Both the position numbers and the translations under genes were made by a program. The notes below the pieces were generated by a model. The model was not told where the DNA came from, searched no databases, and saw nothing but the letters and a program-made list of their open reading frames with translations. From a virus: a DNA stretch of 64,000 nucleotides. Shown here piece after piece: positions 26,301-35,183 of this stretch (position 1 is its first letter; the number at the start of each line of letters is the position of its first letter). The stretch spans positions 19,491 through 83,490 of the IMG/VR virus record IMGVR_UViG_3300048999_000052; one strand, written 5' to 3'.

Positions 26301-26759
26301 AACATTCCCTCCACGGTCACCTACGCGATTGGCGCCGCTGGGACGGGCGTATCAGCTGCTGCGGGTAACAACGGCGGGAACACCACAATCACGCTTACTT
26401 CCACCACACTCACCGGTAACGGAGGTGGTGGCGGACAGAGCACCATCTTGGCGGCATCTGGATTTGGTCCTGCTCCTGGTGCCGGTGGTACAGCTACTGG
26501 TGGTGATGCGAACTTCACGGGTGGCGGTGGTGGTGCTGGCTGGGGTAACGCAGGATTCGCTATCGGCGGAGCGGGTGGCTCTAGTGTCTATGGAGCAGGA
26601 GCTGGTGGGCGCGGTACGGCGACTACCGCGGCGTTCGGTGGTCTGGCTGGTGGGAACTACGGCGGCGGTGGTGGCGGCGCCATCTGTTGTAATGGCACTG
26701 GCGCGCAGGTCGGCGGCAATGGCGGACCCGGAGTCGTTTTCATCACCTGCTACTTCTAG
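23307..26759 (+). CDS. large tail fibre / receptor-binding protein (1150 aa)
   Basis: Repeated GD(L/I)W modules with Ala-rich coils, FN3-like TTYYVRIIAKD, C-terminal Gly-rich domain. Confidence 0.8.
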   Translation: MATDHAQSLRLGQRGVAPTPGVQLVAVASLPSVAYRGQLVYALDIDEFRVFDGDAWQIPTAATTGGLQMFVQATAPVADNVGDLWLKDTTYQIYVWDGTTWQEVQDPTADAAAAAAAAAQVDATSALGLATNAQATADGKITAFYQSLEPALPTEDPQEGDIWYRTSDNRAFIYHSGAFVEIQDAAIVDALTQAGTAQATADQKISSYFQTGPPWANGSAGHGNDIGDLWYDTDDNNKPYRWDGNWTPVQDGTIAIAQTAANTAQAAADAAQATADSALTAATTDGNPPSSSPTPETLSGIGLFITKWAPITNADPVTYEIHVSAVSGFTANSSTLVGQTTASQFVVKALPGSPPAPGDPDPRVLDYDTTYYVRIIAKDADGAAAQSAQTSAMVFRVTGVDLQADSVTAANIVSGTITGDLLDANMIVAGQIQTAETGQRVALGNTGLQGYKPDNSLMINLPTDGSEGLIDLEVVARGLTAQDGASLYGDSELNADSTIVLQAGITSPSSTPQVGVTYDAIQISTAAVAMVDKTGDLGTFDLVPSEVYAIEWKDAATDYWVLHQIRSNGTRSWFFKVSDGTPTDAVTGRYFTDTTDWAFYSVWQITGVGSTAGVYRMARWIPDGAANTYYMHSPAGLNRYSRQNGVASPTIGSDGTNIFTAEIISGNLRIRYWIPDGSGNNLASPIDTYESGTAAAYTNSDSMCTILVGNFDVGAGRYAVAQRGVSYNARLLNAVAGSPGGLYPAGSSNNWASANKEAFSWESPTTNRRGMAWDSANGVFWTFGSDGFMYKHTGEQWDPAVSSSTFWAKQTFYDSVGTTHETQPQSPNKSYAGKRRAKNFYTVPTIPSGGVDDPNQVRLYMARGATAPANTSYHLQYTGSTNTTWTTMATATANPPTTNNFPGATPGKISTADGTSLVISGDGTIKLGGTDVSVGYPTRFVLTSGTSWSKPAGLKAAYFEAVGAGGAGGGAASASAGNHSCGAGGGAGGTAKALVLAANIPSTVTYAIGAAGTGVSAAAGNNGGNTTITLTSTTLTGNGGGGGQSTILAASGFGPAPGAGGTATGGDANFTGGGGGAGWGNAGFAIGGAGGSSVYGAGAGGRGTATTAAFGGLAGGNYGGGGGGAICCNGTGAQVGGNGGPGVVFITCYF

Positions 26760-26766
26760 GAGTGCC

Positions 26767-27378
26767 ATGAGCTACGTCTACGGGTCGGGGACGCTTGCCG
26801 ACTACACGCTGTATGCCCACGGGGTAATTGGCAACTTCGCCACTGCCAACGTTGGGCTGGTGGGTGATTCGATCACCACCCTGGGCCATGCTGACTTCTC
26901 CGCGGCGCTATCGCTTGCGGGCGGTACGGCAGCGATCGACTACTGGTCGTCTCGGCCGACGACTCCTGCGGTCACCTCTACGCTCGCTCGACCAGTGCTG
27001 CCCAAGATCATGGTGATGGCCTGTGGTACCAACGACATCTTCGCGCCGACTGGGATGGCTGCTCAGATCGCTCGGATGTCACCTACGGTGCTCGCGGCCA
27101 AGGGTTGTGAGCATCTGTTCTGGGTGGACGTGCACTGCTGCCGGACCAAGGTAGCTCTGCAGACTCAGGTCTACGACGAGCGCAACACCTGTCTGGTGAA
27201 TGCCCAGATCCACGACGGGATCGAAAAGGACCACATCATCCCGTGGAACTGGACGCTGAACTACCGGGGCATCACCTGGCCGGGTTACTACCTGTCCGAT
27301 GGGGTACATCCCAAGCCCAGTTTGGGGACTAAGTTCTGGGCCGCCTGCATCGTGAACTTCATCAAGGGCTATCTCTAA
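26767..27378 (+). CDS. SGNH/GDSL esterase
   Basis: VGDSIT, GTND, DGVHP blocks; AGGAG RBS. Confidence 0.82.
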   Translation: MSYVYGSGTLADYTLYAHGVIGNFATANVGLVGDSITTLGHADFSAALSLAGGTAAIDYWSSRPTTPAVTSTLARPVLPKIMVMACGTNDIFAPTGMAAQIARMSPTVLAAKGCEHLFWVDVHCCRTKVALQTQVYDERNTCLVNAQIHDGIEKDHIIPWNWTLNYRGITWPGYYLSDGVHPKPSLGTKFWAACIVNFIKGYL

Positions 27379-27422
27379 GCGACTGTCCTCCGGCGTCAAA
27401 CTGGTACTGACAAGGAGGACAG

Positions 27423-27746
27423 ATGTCTACTACGACTGCCAATCAGGGCCTGCCCGTACCCGTCGCTGGGGATGACCCAGATGTCGTCGGGGACATGACC
27501 GCATTGGCTCAGGCCATCGAGAAGAAGCTGGTGATGGTGTTCACCAGCGCCGCTGATCGAACCACCAGGGTGCCTTCGCCTACCTCTGGGATGTTCTCGG
27601 TCCGCACCGATACCCATGTGGTGGAGGTCTACGACGGCTCGGCCTGGAAGCAGGTCTATCCGCCGGCTGTGCCTGCGGTGACCAATGGCTCGGCGGTACC
27701 CAGCAACTCCTCGGGTGCCAACGGCGACGTCTTCTTCAAGTTCTGA
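27423..27746 (+). CDS. minor tail protein
   Basis: FTSAADRT...P..GM...YDGSAW; AAGGAGG RBS. Confidence 0.7.
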   Translation: MSTTTANQGLPVPVAGDDPDVVGDMTALAQAIEKKLVMVFTSAADRTTRVPSPTSGMFSVRTDTHVVEVYDGSAWKQVYPPAVPAVTNGSAVPSNSSGANGDVFFKF

Positions 27747-27752
27747 GGCCAG

Positions 27753-28814
27753 ATGACCATCCACACCAAGGACGGCGGCGTCTGGAAGGCTGCCACCCCG
27801 TACCTGAAGAAGACTGGTACTTGGCAGGAGCCGACTCAGGTCTGGACCAAGGATTCGGGAATCTGGAAGCAGGTCTACCAAAAAGACGTCACTCCCCCGC
27901 CAGTACCAGCGCTGAGCCTGGATTTCATCGCCAACCGGTACCTGAACGTCAACGTCACACCGAACACGGTGGCTGATCCGAGTCTGGCCAAGGTCCGGGT
28001 GTTGGTGTCAGCTACGGCCTTCCCGGCCAACCCGTTCAGCTCGGGCTTCGTCTCTGAGCCCGATGTCACTTTCCCCGATGAGACCTGGTCGGACTTCTTG
28101 TACAACGTCACCGGTGGCCACAGCGTCACTGGTACGACGACCAAGGAGTGGCCGACCAATCCTGGCTCGACCAGAGCGCTGACTGGTGGCACGACGTACT
28201 ACTTCAGTGCCTTCGCCCAGGACATGAACGGCAACTGGTCGGCAGGTAACTACAAGAGCTTCAAGGCGCCGGATCGTACTGGTGTTGACCCAGTCCCGCC
28301 GGTGCAGTCGATCAAGACCGTGGAGATCCCCGCCTTGTGGTCGGCCTGCTACAACGGCGACGACAGCCTGCGCTGGGCTGGGGTGAACCTGTACCAGGGG
28401 TTGTGGAACGCAGTCAACGGTGCCCAGGAGTCGGTCGTTGGTTTCGACCGGTTCAAGATCGTCAACGCCCTGCGAGGGGCATCGGTGATCAACAAGGTTG
28501 AGATCTACATGTACTCGCGCGCGGCTTACAACCCTGCTCCGGGGTTCTTGGCCAGGTACGGGTTCCACGACGCTACGGCGATGCCTGCCTCGATTGCCAC
28601 GTTGAACCGGTTCGGGGTGTTGCAGAACAACATCTTCCACTCCGCTGACGGACACTGGATTGACATCACCTCGATGTCCACCTCGGTCTGGAAGAACGGC
28701 ACCGCGACTGGGATGTTCTTCCAGCCCAACACGTTCGATCGGCACTACTCGGGGTTGTTCGACGGTCACACCCAGACACACCCGCCCAAGCTTCGCTTTA
28801 CCTTCACAGCGTGA
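27753..28814 (+). CDS. minor tail / receptor-binding protein
   Basis: K.GG.WK repeats, FN3-like TTYYFSAFAQD..GNWS, C-terminal PKLRFTF. Confidence 0.7.
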   Translation: MTIHTKDGGVWKAATPYLKKTGTWQEPTQVWTKDSGIWKQVYQKDVTPPPVPALSLDFIANRYLNVNVTPNTVADPSLAKVRVLVSATAFPANPFSSGFVSEPDVTFPDETWSDFLYNVTGGHSVTGTTTKEWPTNPGSTRALTGGTTYYFSAFAQDMNGNWSAGNYKSFKAPDRTGVDPVPPVQSIKTVEIPALWSACYNGDDSLRWAGVNLYQGLWNAVNGAQESVVGFDRFKIVNALRGASVINKVEIYMYSRAAYNPAPGFLARYGFHDATAMPASIATLNRFGVLQNNIFHSADGHWIDITSMSTSVWKNGTATGMFFQPNTFDRHYSGLFDGHTQTHPPKLRFTFTA

Positions 28815-28847
28815 GGGTGAACCCTCTCCACGGAAGGTAGGTGTCTG

Positions 28848-29093
28848 GTGATCGACCCAAAGTTGCGGAACTGGATCATCAGCACGGTCACCGTCGTGTG
28901 GGCGCTGAACTTCCTGGTTGGGATCATCCCGGCCTTCCACTACAAGCCGGACCAGGCAATCAACGCCATCTTCATGGCTATCGTCGGTGGTCTGTTCGCT
29001 ATCTCAGCTCGCAAATCGGATACAGACAAGAAAGAGCTCCCCAAGAAGAAGCGGGACGAGGAGAAGGACGACGAGGACGGTGACGAGCCGTGA
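28848..29093 (+). CDS. membrane protein (lysis cassette)
   Basis: 2 TM helices plus a charged tail. Confidence 0.7.
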   Translation: MIDPKLRNWIISTVTVVWALNFLVGIIPAFHYKPDQAINAIFMAIVGGLFAISARKSDTDKKELPKKKRDEEKDDEDGDEP

Positions 29094-29560
29094 TGGATGT
29101 ACTCAACGATCTCCTCCCGTCCTTCTCCTGGTCACTGATTGGCTTCATCACCGGTTGGCTGGTTGGCCGGGAGATGCTGTTCTTTAACCGGAGGGTGGAG
29201 GCAGCTGTGTCTGACAAGGAGCAGACCAAGCCCGTCCGTGGCAATCGGTTGCTGGGCTGGGTAGTGATCGTCTTGTCGGTCTTCACGGTGCTGCAGGGCT
29301 CGTACTACGCCTACGAGACCAACCGGAAGGCCAGTTGCCAGGCCCAGTTCAACAACGACTTCGCGCATGTGATCAGCCTGCGCGCGCAGTGGGCCGATGA
29401 GGACAAGGCTGCGGAGCTGAAGCTGTTCCATGATCTGCTGGCCACCACCAAGCCTGGTCAGGGCGGCAAGATCTTGCAGGACTACCTGGTTTCGACCGAG
29501 CGCACGGATAAGCTGCGGCGGGAGAACCCGCTCCCTAAGCTAGAAGATCGTGGCTGCTGA
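29090..29560 (+). CDS. membrane protein (lysis cassette)
   Basis: 2 TM helices, Cys pair. Confidence 0.7.
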   Translation: MMDVLNDLLPSFSWSLIGFITGWLVGREMLFFNRRVEAAVSDKEQTKPVRGNRLLGWVVIVLSVFTVLQGSYYAYETNRKASCQAQFNNDFAHVISLRAQWADEDKAAELKLFHDLLATTKPGQGGKILQDYLVSTERTDKLRRENPLPKLEDRGC

Positions 29561-30296
29561 GATGCGACGTGACCGTACTATCCCCACACCGATCTTGGTG
29601 TTGGTGCTGCTGCTGTCAGCGGTCACGTTGTTCCAGATCTGGCAGACCTCTCAGAAGGTGCAAGACCAGGCCGTCGAGATCTCCAACGGTCAAGCCGAGC
29701 GCACCAACCTGGCCGCCTCGGTGAACAACAGCATCGATCAGTCCCAAGCCCTGGCCAAGCAGGTCGAAGCCCTGGGTGCGACTCCAGTGGTGAAGTCAGT
29801 CGATATCCCCCAGAAGGTTGCGGTTGGCCCGACTGGACCTAAGGGTGATGTCGGCTCTCAAGGCCCGACTGGTCCCCAGGGACCGCAAGGTCCGATCGGA
29901 CCACAAGGGCCTATCGGCCCCCAGGGCAAGGCAGGACCTTACCCGGAATGCCTGCTGGCTGCTACCAAGTGCGTCGGCGCCCCAGGAGCCACTGGACCGA
30001 AGGGAGACCAAGGTGCCAAAGGCGAGCAAGGAGCTGCGGGCCAGACTGGAGCAACAGGTGCGCAAGGTGATCAAGGACCAAAGGGAGCAACCGGAGACGC
30101 CGGTCCAGCAGGTCCTCAAGGACCTCAGGGAGATCAGGGACCGCAGGGACCAGTGGGTCCAGTCGGCCCGCCAGGAGCAGATGGCCAAGCAGGCCCGGTC
30201 TGCCCAGAAGGATATGAAGTCACCACCCAGACCGTGATGACCACCGAGAACCCCGCTGGGATCGAAACCAAGATCTGCACCGCCAAAGCGCCGTGA
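29550..30296 (+). CDS. membrane-anchored collagen-like protein
   Basis: N-terminal TM, coiled coil, long Gly-X-Y tracts, terminal CPEGY...C. Confidence 0.75.
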   Translation: MAAEMRRDRTIPTPILVLVLLLSAVTLFQIWQTSQKVQDQAVEISNGQAERTNLAASVNNSIDQSQALAKQVEALGATPVVKSVDIPQKVAVGPTGPKGDVGSQGPTGPQGPQGPIGPQGPIGPQGKAGPYPECLLAATKCVGAPGATGPKGDQGAKGEQGAAGQTGATGAQGDQGPKGATGDAGPAGPQGPQGDQGPQGPVGPVGPPGADGQAGPVCPEGYEVTTQTVMTTENPAGIETKICTAKAP

Positions 30297-30317
30297 CAGA
30301 GGTTGCATCCTGGAGTC
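30293..30317 (+). promoter_or_regulatory. candidate late leaderless promoter GTGACAG-N6-CATCCT-N6-ATG
   Basis: Same motif and spacing as upstream of the portal. Confidence 0.45.
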
Positions 30318-30980
30318 ATGGCAGCAAGTCAGAATGGCTACGCGGCGAACGACATTAGTCGCACCCAGTCGTGGAAGATCCCCGGTACGTCCCGGGCGAT
30401 CCGTCTACGTAAGGGCTCGCCTGGTGCTCTGCTTGTGGCCTGGGCCGCCTGGTTCGACAAGAACGTCGAGGACATCGACGCTGGCGAACTGGACGACTGG
30501 GGCTACGCCGAGCGCCCGATCCGGGGCAGCACCACCACGCTGTCCAATCACGCCTCTGGTACGGCGATGGACCTGAACTCCACTAAGCACCCGCTCGGAG
30601 TTCGTAACACCTTCACGCCTGCCCAGACCGCCAAGATCAGAGCCGAGCTCAAAAACTACGAGGGCTGCATCCGCTGGGGTGGCGACTACACCGGCCGCCC
30701 GGATGAGATGCACTTCGAGATCGTCAAGGACGTGGCTACCTGTGATCGCGTCCTGGCCAAGCTCAATAAGGCCCCTGCAGACGTAACCCCGCCCGAGGAG
30801 GACGACATGCCTTTCACTGATGCACAGATCCGAGCCCTGGTACAAGCCGAGCTCGAAGAGTACGGCCAGCGACTGTTTGGCCCTGGTGGCTCGATGGGCG
30901 GTCTGATCACCAAGATCGACGCCCTTGACGACAAGGTCGACAAGCTGATCGCTGCCCTGCCCAAGGTCCAGGACAAGTAA
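30318..30980 (+). CDS. endolysin, M15-family Zn peptidase
   Basis: SQNG, WGYA.R, SNHASGTA.D.N, WGGDY....DEMHFE. Confidence 0.88.
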   Translation: MAASQNGYAANDISRTQSWKIPGTSRAIRLRKGSPGALLVAWAAWFDKNVEDIDAGELDDWGYAERPIRGSTTTLSNHASGTAMDLNSTKHPLGVRNTFTPAQTAKIRAELKNYEGCIRWGGDYTGRPDEMHFEIVKDVATCDRVLAKLNKAPADVTPPEEDDMPFTDAQIRALVQAELEEYGQRLFGPGGSMGGLITKIDALDDKVDKLIAALPKVQDK

Positions 30981-31363
30981 TGAGCGACCAGAACATTGCT
31001 CCCTCGCAGGTGAGCACCTCCAAGCCGGTTCGGTACCTGGGCGCGATGGGTGCGGCAGCTACTGCTGCGGTCACAGCGCTGGCTGTCATTCCGGGCATCC
31101 CCGCCTGGGTACCGGCCGTTGTTGGTGCCCTGGGGTTGGTGTTCACGGTGTTCGTCTCCAAGCTCACCGAGAACAACACCACGCCCTGGACCGACGTCGC
31201 GGCCAAGGTCACCCCCACCGGTGAGACCATCGCCGGCCCAGCCAGCAACATCCGTACCGGCGCCACCGTAGAGGTTTCGCTGCCGAACACGACCTTGGGC
31301 GAAGTACTGGATGACCCCAAGGACGGCCGGGCTGTTTGGCCCGCTGATCCCCAGATTCCCTAA
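30980..31363 (+). CDS. putative holin
   Basis: 2 TM helices, directly after the endolysin (TAATG coupling). Confidence 0.6.
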   Translation: MSDQNIAPSQVSTSKPVRYLGAMGAAATAAVTALAVIPGIPAWVPAVVGALGLVFTVFVSKLTENNTTPWTDVAAKVTPTGETIAGPASNIRTGATVEVSLPNTTLGEVLDDPKDGRAVWPADPQIP

Positions 31364-31372
31364 GGAGCAAGC

Positions 31373-31840
31373 ATGGCTACCGGTCCGTTCGTCTTCAACA
31401 TCATGAAGGGCAAGGCGGGGTACTACTCGACCCTGCCCGCAGCCGCTGATGCCCTGATTCTTGTCTGGCTGAAGAGTGCGGGCCTGGAGTCGGATGCCAC
31501 CCTGAAGGACTACGCGAACTTGTCGGTGCTGCTGGCGGCAGCCAACGACGAGTGCGACTTCACCGGTTACACCCGTCGAACGCTGGCCAACGTGACCTCG
31601 GCAGTGGACAACACGAACGACCTGTGGAAGGTCGACGCTGATGACCCGGCCACCTACACCAACACTGGTACGGCTCAGGTGGCTGGGGCAGCGATCGTTT
31701 GCTACGACGATGACACCGGCGCTGGTACGGATACCTCGCTGATTCCGATCGCTCAATTGCTGACCGGCACGCTGAGCTTCGACAACAACGTGGTCACCAC
31801 CATCAGCTTCAACGCCTCGGGCATCTACACCGCGAGCTAA
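31373..31840 (+). CDS. virion structural protein
   Basis: E..FTGY.R..L motif shared with 59769 and 63612; AAGGAG RBS. Confidence 0.7.
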   Translation: MATGPFVFNIMKGKAGYYSTLPAAADALILVWLKSAGLESDATLKDYANLSVLLAAANDECDFTGYTRRTLANVTSAVDNTNDLWKVDADDPATYTNTGTAQVAGAAIVCYDDDTGAGTDTSLIPIAQLLTGTLSFDNNVVTTISFNASGIYTAS

Positions 31841-31842
31841 CC

Positions 31843-32571
31843 ATGGCCGTGGCTTTCGATGCAGTCGGACCAGCCGCTGCCCTGGGGCAGACTGCTACTA
31901 CTCCGACCACGGTTACGTGGGCGCATATCGTCACAGGGTCCAACACCGCACTCGTGGTGTTCGTTGGCGTGGGTCAGAACTCTGGTTCTGATGCCACCAA
32001 GACGATCAGTAGTGTGACCTATAACGCTGTTGGAATGACCCAGATCGGTACGCCTAAGCACACCAACGACTCAACAGCCGGCTACCTAGCTTGTTATGGG
32101 TTGATCAACCCGACCACTGGAACGAATAACGTAGTGGTCACCTTTGCGTCGGCTCCATCCACAGCTGAGTGTGGATCGGTTTCTTTCACTGGGGTCAACC
32201 AAACCACGGCCTTTGGTACGCCAGTCGTGGGAGCTGGGAACACGACAACGGCTACTGCTGCGGTGGCTTCGAACACGAGTGGCAACATCATCGCCTTCGG
32301 GGTGTGCGGTGGCGTCGACTTCGCCGCAACTCCGACCAGCCCAGCGACCAAGCGCTACTTGGCGAATTTCGGCAACAGCTCGGCGGGTGGTAATGCCGCC
32401 GGGGCCACGATCCCGTCCACTGGTAGCTCAGTCACCACCGCATGGGCAATGAGCGCTGTGGACTTCTGGGCGGTGATCGCGGTCGAGGTTCTGGCTGCTG
32501 GTGGAGCTGCTGCAGTGTCGAGTGTGCCAGCACAGCGGATCCGCCGCATGCAGCCACTGATTGTCCGATAG
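31843..32571 (+). CDS. Thr/Ala/Gly-rich virion structural protein
   Basis: AVAFDA...W.H...SVTY...MT...SFTGVNQT beta-rich pattern. Confidence 0.7.
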   Translation: MAVAFDAVGPAAALGQTATTPTTVTWAHIVTGSNTALVVFVGVGQNSGSDATKTISSVTYNAVGMTQIGTPKHTNDSTAGYLACYGLINPTTGTNNVVVTFASAPSTAECGSVSFTGVNQTTAFGTPVVGAGNTTTATAAVASNTSGNIIAFGVCGGVDFAATPTSPATKRYLANFGNSSAGGNAAGATIPSTGSSVTTAWAMSAVDFWAVIAVEVLAAGGAAAVSSVPAQRIRRMQPLIVR

Positions 32572-32579
32572 GAGACACG

Positions 32580-33068
32580 ATGTACCACGCGAGGGCTTAC
32601 TCGTTCCCGATCAACATCACCACCGCCTTCACGGCTCAGATCGACGTGATGGAGCTACTGGCTGGTACTGGTCGTCCACTACTCATCCTTGGCTTCGAAT
32701 TGGGGCAGATCTCAGAGATCGGTGACGCTCAGGAGGAGGGCTTGACGCTGGTGATGAAGCGGGTCACCGGCGCGCCTACTTCTGGCTCCGGTGGTACGGC
32801 TGCGGCTGCTCCGGTAACGATGCAGCCCAACGATGCCGCGGCTACTGCCACGCTGGAGGTCGGCAACACCACCAAGCTCACCGGTGGAACTTCAGTCGAT
32901 CTGAAGCGCTTCGACTGGAACGTTCGATCCTCTCTGCTGTACCTGCCGGTGCCTGACGCCCGGTTCGTGATCGACGCTGGCACCCGAATGGTGTTGGAGC
33001 TGGTAACCACGCCGGCTGACTCGATCAGTGGCATCCACGGCAGCCTGGACATCCTCGAACTGGTCTGA
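32580..33068 (+). CDS. virion structural protein
   Basis: AGGAGA RBS; beta-rich. Confidence 0.65.
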   Translation: MYHARAYSFPINITTAFTAQIDVMELLAGTGRPLLILGFELGQISEIGDAQEEGLTLVMKRVTGAPTSGSGGTAAAAPVTMQPNDAAATATLEVGNTTKLTGGTSVDLKRFDWNVRSSLLYLPVPDARFVIDAGTRMVLELVTTPADSISGIHGSLDILELV

Positions 33069-33069
33069 C

Positions 33070-34152
33070 ATGCACGTCCATCGGCCACCCTTCCAGTACT
33101 CCGTCTATCGCAAGCGACGGAGGACTTTGGCGTGGACGGTGCCCGGTCCGGTCAGCATCACGCTGGGGGTAGCTACCGAAACGGATGCTGCCCTTGCGTC
33201 GGGCGCCACGAAGGCCACTACCGTCACCATGTCAGTGGCGACAGAGTCGGACTCCGCGCTCGCACTTACATACGCAAGGGCAGCGACCCTGAGCCTAGCT
33301 CAGGAGACTGAGGCCGCTTACTCAGTAGTCGAGACAAAGACCGCAGGCGTTAGCGCTGCCACTGAAACCGATGCTGCGCTGGCCTTGAGTGCCACCAAGG
33401 CCCGGACGGTCACCCTGGGACTCGCCACCGAGACCGACACCGCGTACACGACTTCGGTCAGTACGGCGGCTGGGACTGTCCTTGGCCTGGCGCATGAAAC
33501 TGAGGCCGCCTACACGCTCGGGCTAGCGCGTACGTTCGGGGTCGGTACGTCGGTCGAATCTGACGCTGCGTATTCAATTTCAGTGACGAAGCTCGTGAAT
33601 TCCGGGGCTGAGACCGACACTGCTCACGCTCTGTCGTCAACCAAGGCGATCAGCTACACCCTCGGTACGGCGGTCGAAACCGACCAAGCCAGAGGCAACA
33701 GCGCGGCTAAGACTGAGACCTTGGGCCGAGCTCAAGAAACTGATGCGGTCTTCCCGATCACCAGCAACGGTGAGACCTCAGCTTTGCTGGGTCGAGCCCA
33801 GGAAACTGACGCTGGCCTGAACTTGGTCGCGGTGAAGGCAGTTACCCTCGGCGTGGCTGCTGAGACCGAAGCCGCGTGGTCGCTGGGCTACCTCCGGACA
33901 ATCACCCTGGACCTAGCCCAAGAGACTGACGAGGTCTTCGGGCTGACCCACCACGCTGGAGTACGGCGCAACATCACCATCGTCGCGCTGACCGAGCCGA
34001 CGAATGGCTGGTCAACCAGCGCTCCAGCCACCACCATTGTGATGACCGGCACATCACCTACTACCGCCTGGATCAGCTCTGGTCCAGAGACCGATTGGGC
34101 AACCACTGATCCGGTCAATAACCCGTGGGTCGCTAGCGAGCCCCAGCTGTAA
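33070..34152 (+). CDS. repeat-rich fibre protein (13 x ...A.ET[DE].A...)
   Basis: Thirteen ~20-24-aa repeats visible in the translation. Confidence 0.75.
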   Translation: MHVHRPPFQYSVYRKRRRTLAWTVPGPVSITLGVATETDAALASGATKATTVTMSVATESDSALALTYARAATLSLAQETEAAYSVVETKTAGVSAATETDAALALSATKARTVTLGLATETDTAYTTSVSTAAGTVLGLAHETEAAYTLGLARTFGVGTSVESDAAYSISVTKLVNSGAETDTAHALSSTKAISYTLGTAVETDQARGNSAAKTETLGRAQETDAVFPITSNGETSALLGRAQETDAGLNLVAVKAVTLGVAAETEAAWSLGYLRTITLDLAQETDEVFGLTHHAGVRRNITIVALTEPTNGWSTSAPATTIVMTGTSPTTAWISSGPETDWATTDPVNNPWVASEPQL

Positions 34153-34160
34153 GGAGACAG

Positions 34161-34469
34161 ATGAACATCAGGGCTGATTCCACGGAGCTGGCTACCGCCA
34201 CCATCTCGGTGGACCACGACATCACCGGCAAGGTGATCCAGGTCGCACTCCCGTTGACCGGGCAGGCCACCTCGTCCTGGATCGTTGCAGATGTACTGAA
34301 CACGACTCATGTCGGCAGTAACTGGGTATCTACCTACCAGATCTTGATCGGTCCGGCCTCTGGCGATATCACGCTGGCTGCGGGAACCTACGACTGGACA
34401 GTCAAGGTGGTAGACGATCCTGAGGTCCCGGTCCGGAAGGCCGGGGTCGTAATCGTCACCGCCAACTAG
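34161..34469 (+). CDS. BppU-like virion protein
   Basis: ILIGP...L.AGTY...VKV.D.PE.PV..AG; AAGGAG RBS. Confidence 0.7.
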   Translation: MNIRADSTELATATISVDHDITGKVIQVALPLTGQATSSWIVADVLNTTHVGSNWVSTYQILIGPASGDITLAAGTYDWTVKVVDDPEVPVRKAGVVIVTAN

Positions 34470-34505
34470 ACCGAGACGGTCCGGAGCCAAGCTCTAGGAG
34501 GAGCA

Positions 34506-34598
34506 ATGACTCGGTACTACCCCGGGATCTTGATTCTGATCCTGGTCCTCGTGATCCTCGACTTCCTAGTCGACATCGGCGTCATTAAGGTGGGCTGA
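34506..34598 (+). CDS. 30-aa membrane peptide
   Basis: AGGAGGAG RBS; single TM (not in the ORF track). Confidence 0.6.
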   Translation: MTRYYPGILILILVLVILDFLVDIGVIKVG

Positions 34599-34600
34599 CC

Positions 34601-34741
34601 ATGTTGATCCTCGGCATCATCCTCGTAGTCCTCGGCGCGCTGTTGAACATCTCGCTGCTGTACATCATCGGCGCGATTCTGGCCATCGTCGGCGCAGTCC
34701 TGCTCTTCACTGGCGGTATCGGCGGTCGTAGGCTGTACTAG
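34601..34741 (+). CDS. DUF6131-like actinobacterial membrane peptide
   Basis: MLILGIILVVLG...IG.IL.IVGAVL...IGGRRLY (not in the ORF track). Confidence 0.65.
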   Translation: MLILGIILVVLGALLNISLLYIIGAILAIVGAVLLFTGGIGGRRLY

Positions 34742-34774
34742 CTTTGATAGGGCGCCTGTTTGCCAAGAAGACCG

Positions 34775-34812
34775 GACAGCCACCTGGACTCCCCCAGACC
34801 CAGGTGGCTGTT
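34775..34812. terminator. stem-loop, probable terminator
   Basis: ACAGCCACCTGG...CCAGGTGGCTGT inverted repeat. Confidence 0.55.
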
Positions 34813-34849
34813 CTGCGTCTGGACCATGAGAGCAAGAGAAAGGACTCCC

Positions 34850-35182
34850 ATGGCTCTCCTCGCAGCGCAGTCCCCGACTGCCACCGGACTGACCCCGACG
34901 TACTCGCTCGTCTCTGCTTCGGACACGGTCCGCTACGTCAACAACCGGATGTTCCTGTTGTGCAAGAACACCTCTGGCTCGGCGAACACCGTTACTGTGG
35001 TGGTCCCTGGCTCGACCTACGGTCAGGCCAACCCGGACATCGCCGTTACCGTTCCGGCCACGACTGGTGAGAAGTGGATCGGCCCGCTGGATCGGGGCAT
35101 GGTCGACACCTCTACCGGCCTGATCACGATCACCAACTCGGCGCCGGCTACTGGTGTTTCGGTTGCGGTAGTGGCGCTCTAA
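34850..35182 (+). CDS. small virion structural protein
   Basis: GAAAGGA RBS; L.CKN.SGS..TVTV...V.VPA....IGP. Confidence 0.7.
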   Translation: MALLAAQSPTATGLTPTYSLVSASDTVRYVNNRMFLLCKNTSGSANTVTVVVPGSTYGQANPDIAVTVPATTGEKWIGPLDRGMVDTSTGLITITNSAPATGVSVAVVAL

Positions 35183-35183
35183 C

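Noticed and set aside
23307-28814. Diversity-generating retroelement or invertible tail-fibre cassette
   Set aside because: No reverse transcriptase, invertase or near-identical TR/VR pair seen; the internal repeats are degenerate protein-level modules
29820-30200. Tandem DNA repeat array
   Set aside because: Explained by collagen Gly-X-Y coding; the same applies to 22640-22730 and 23145-23230
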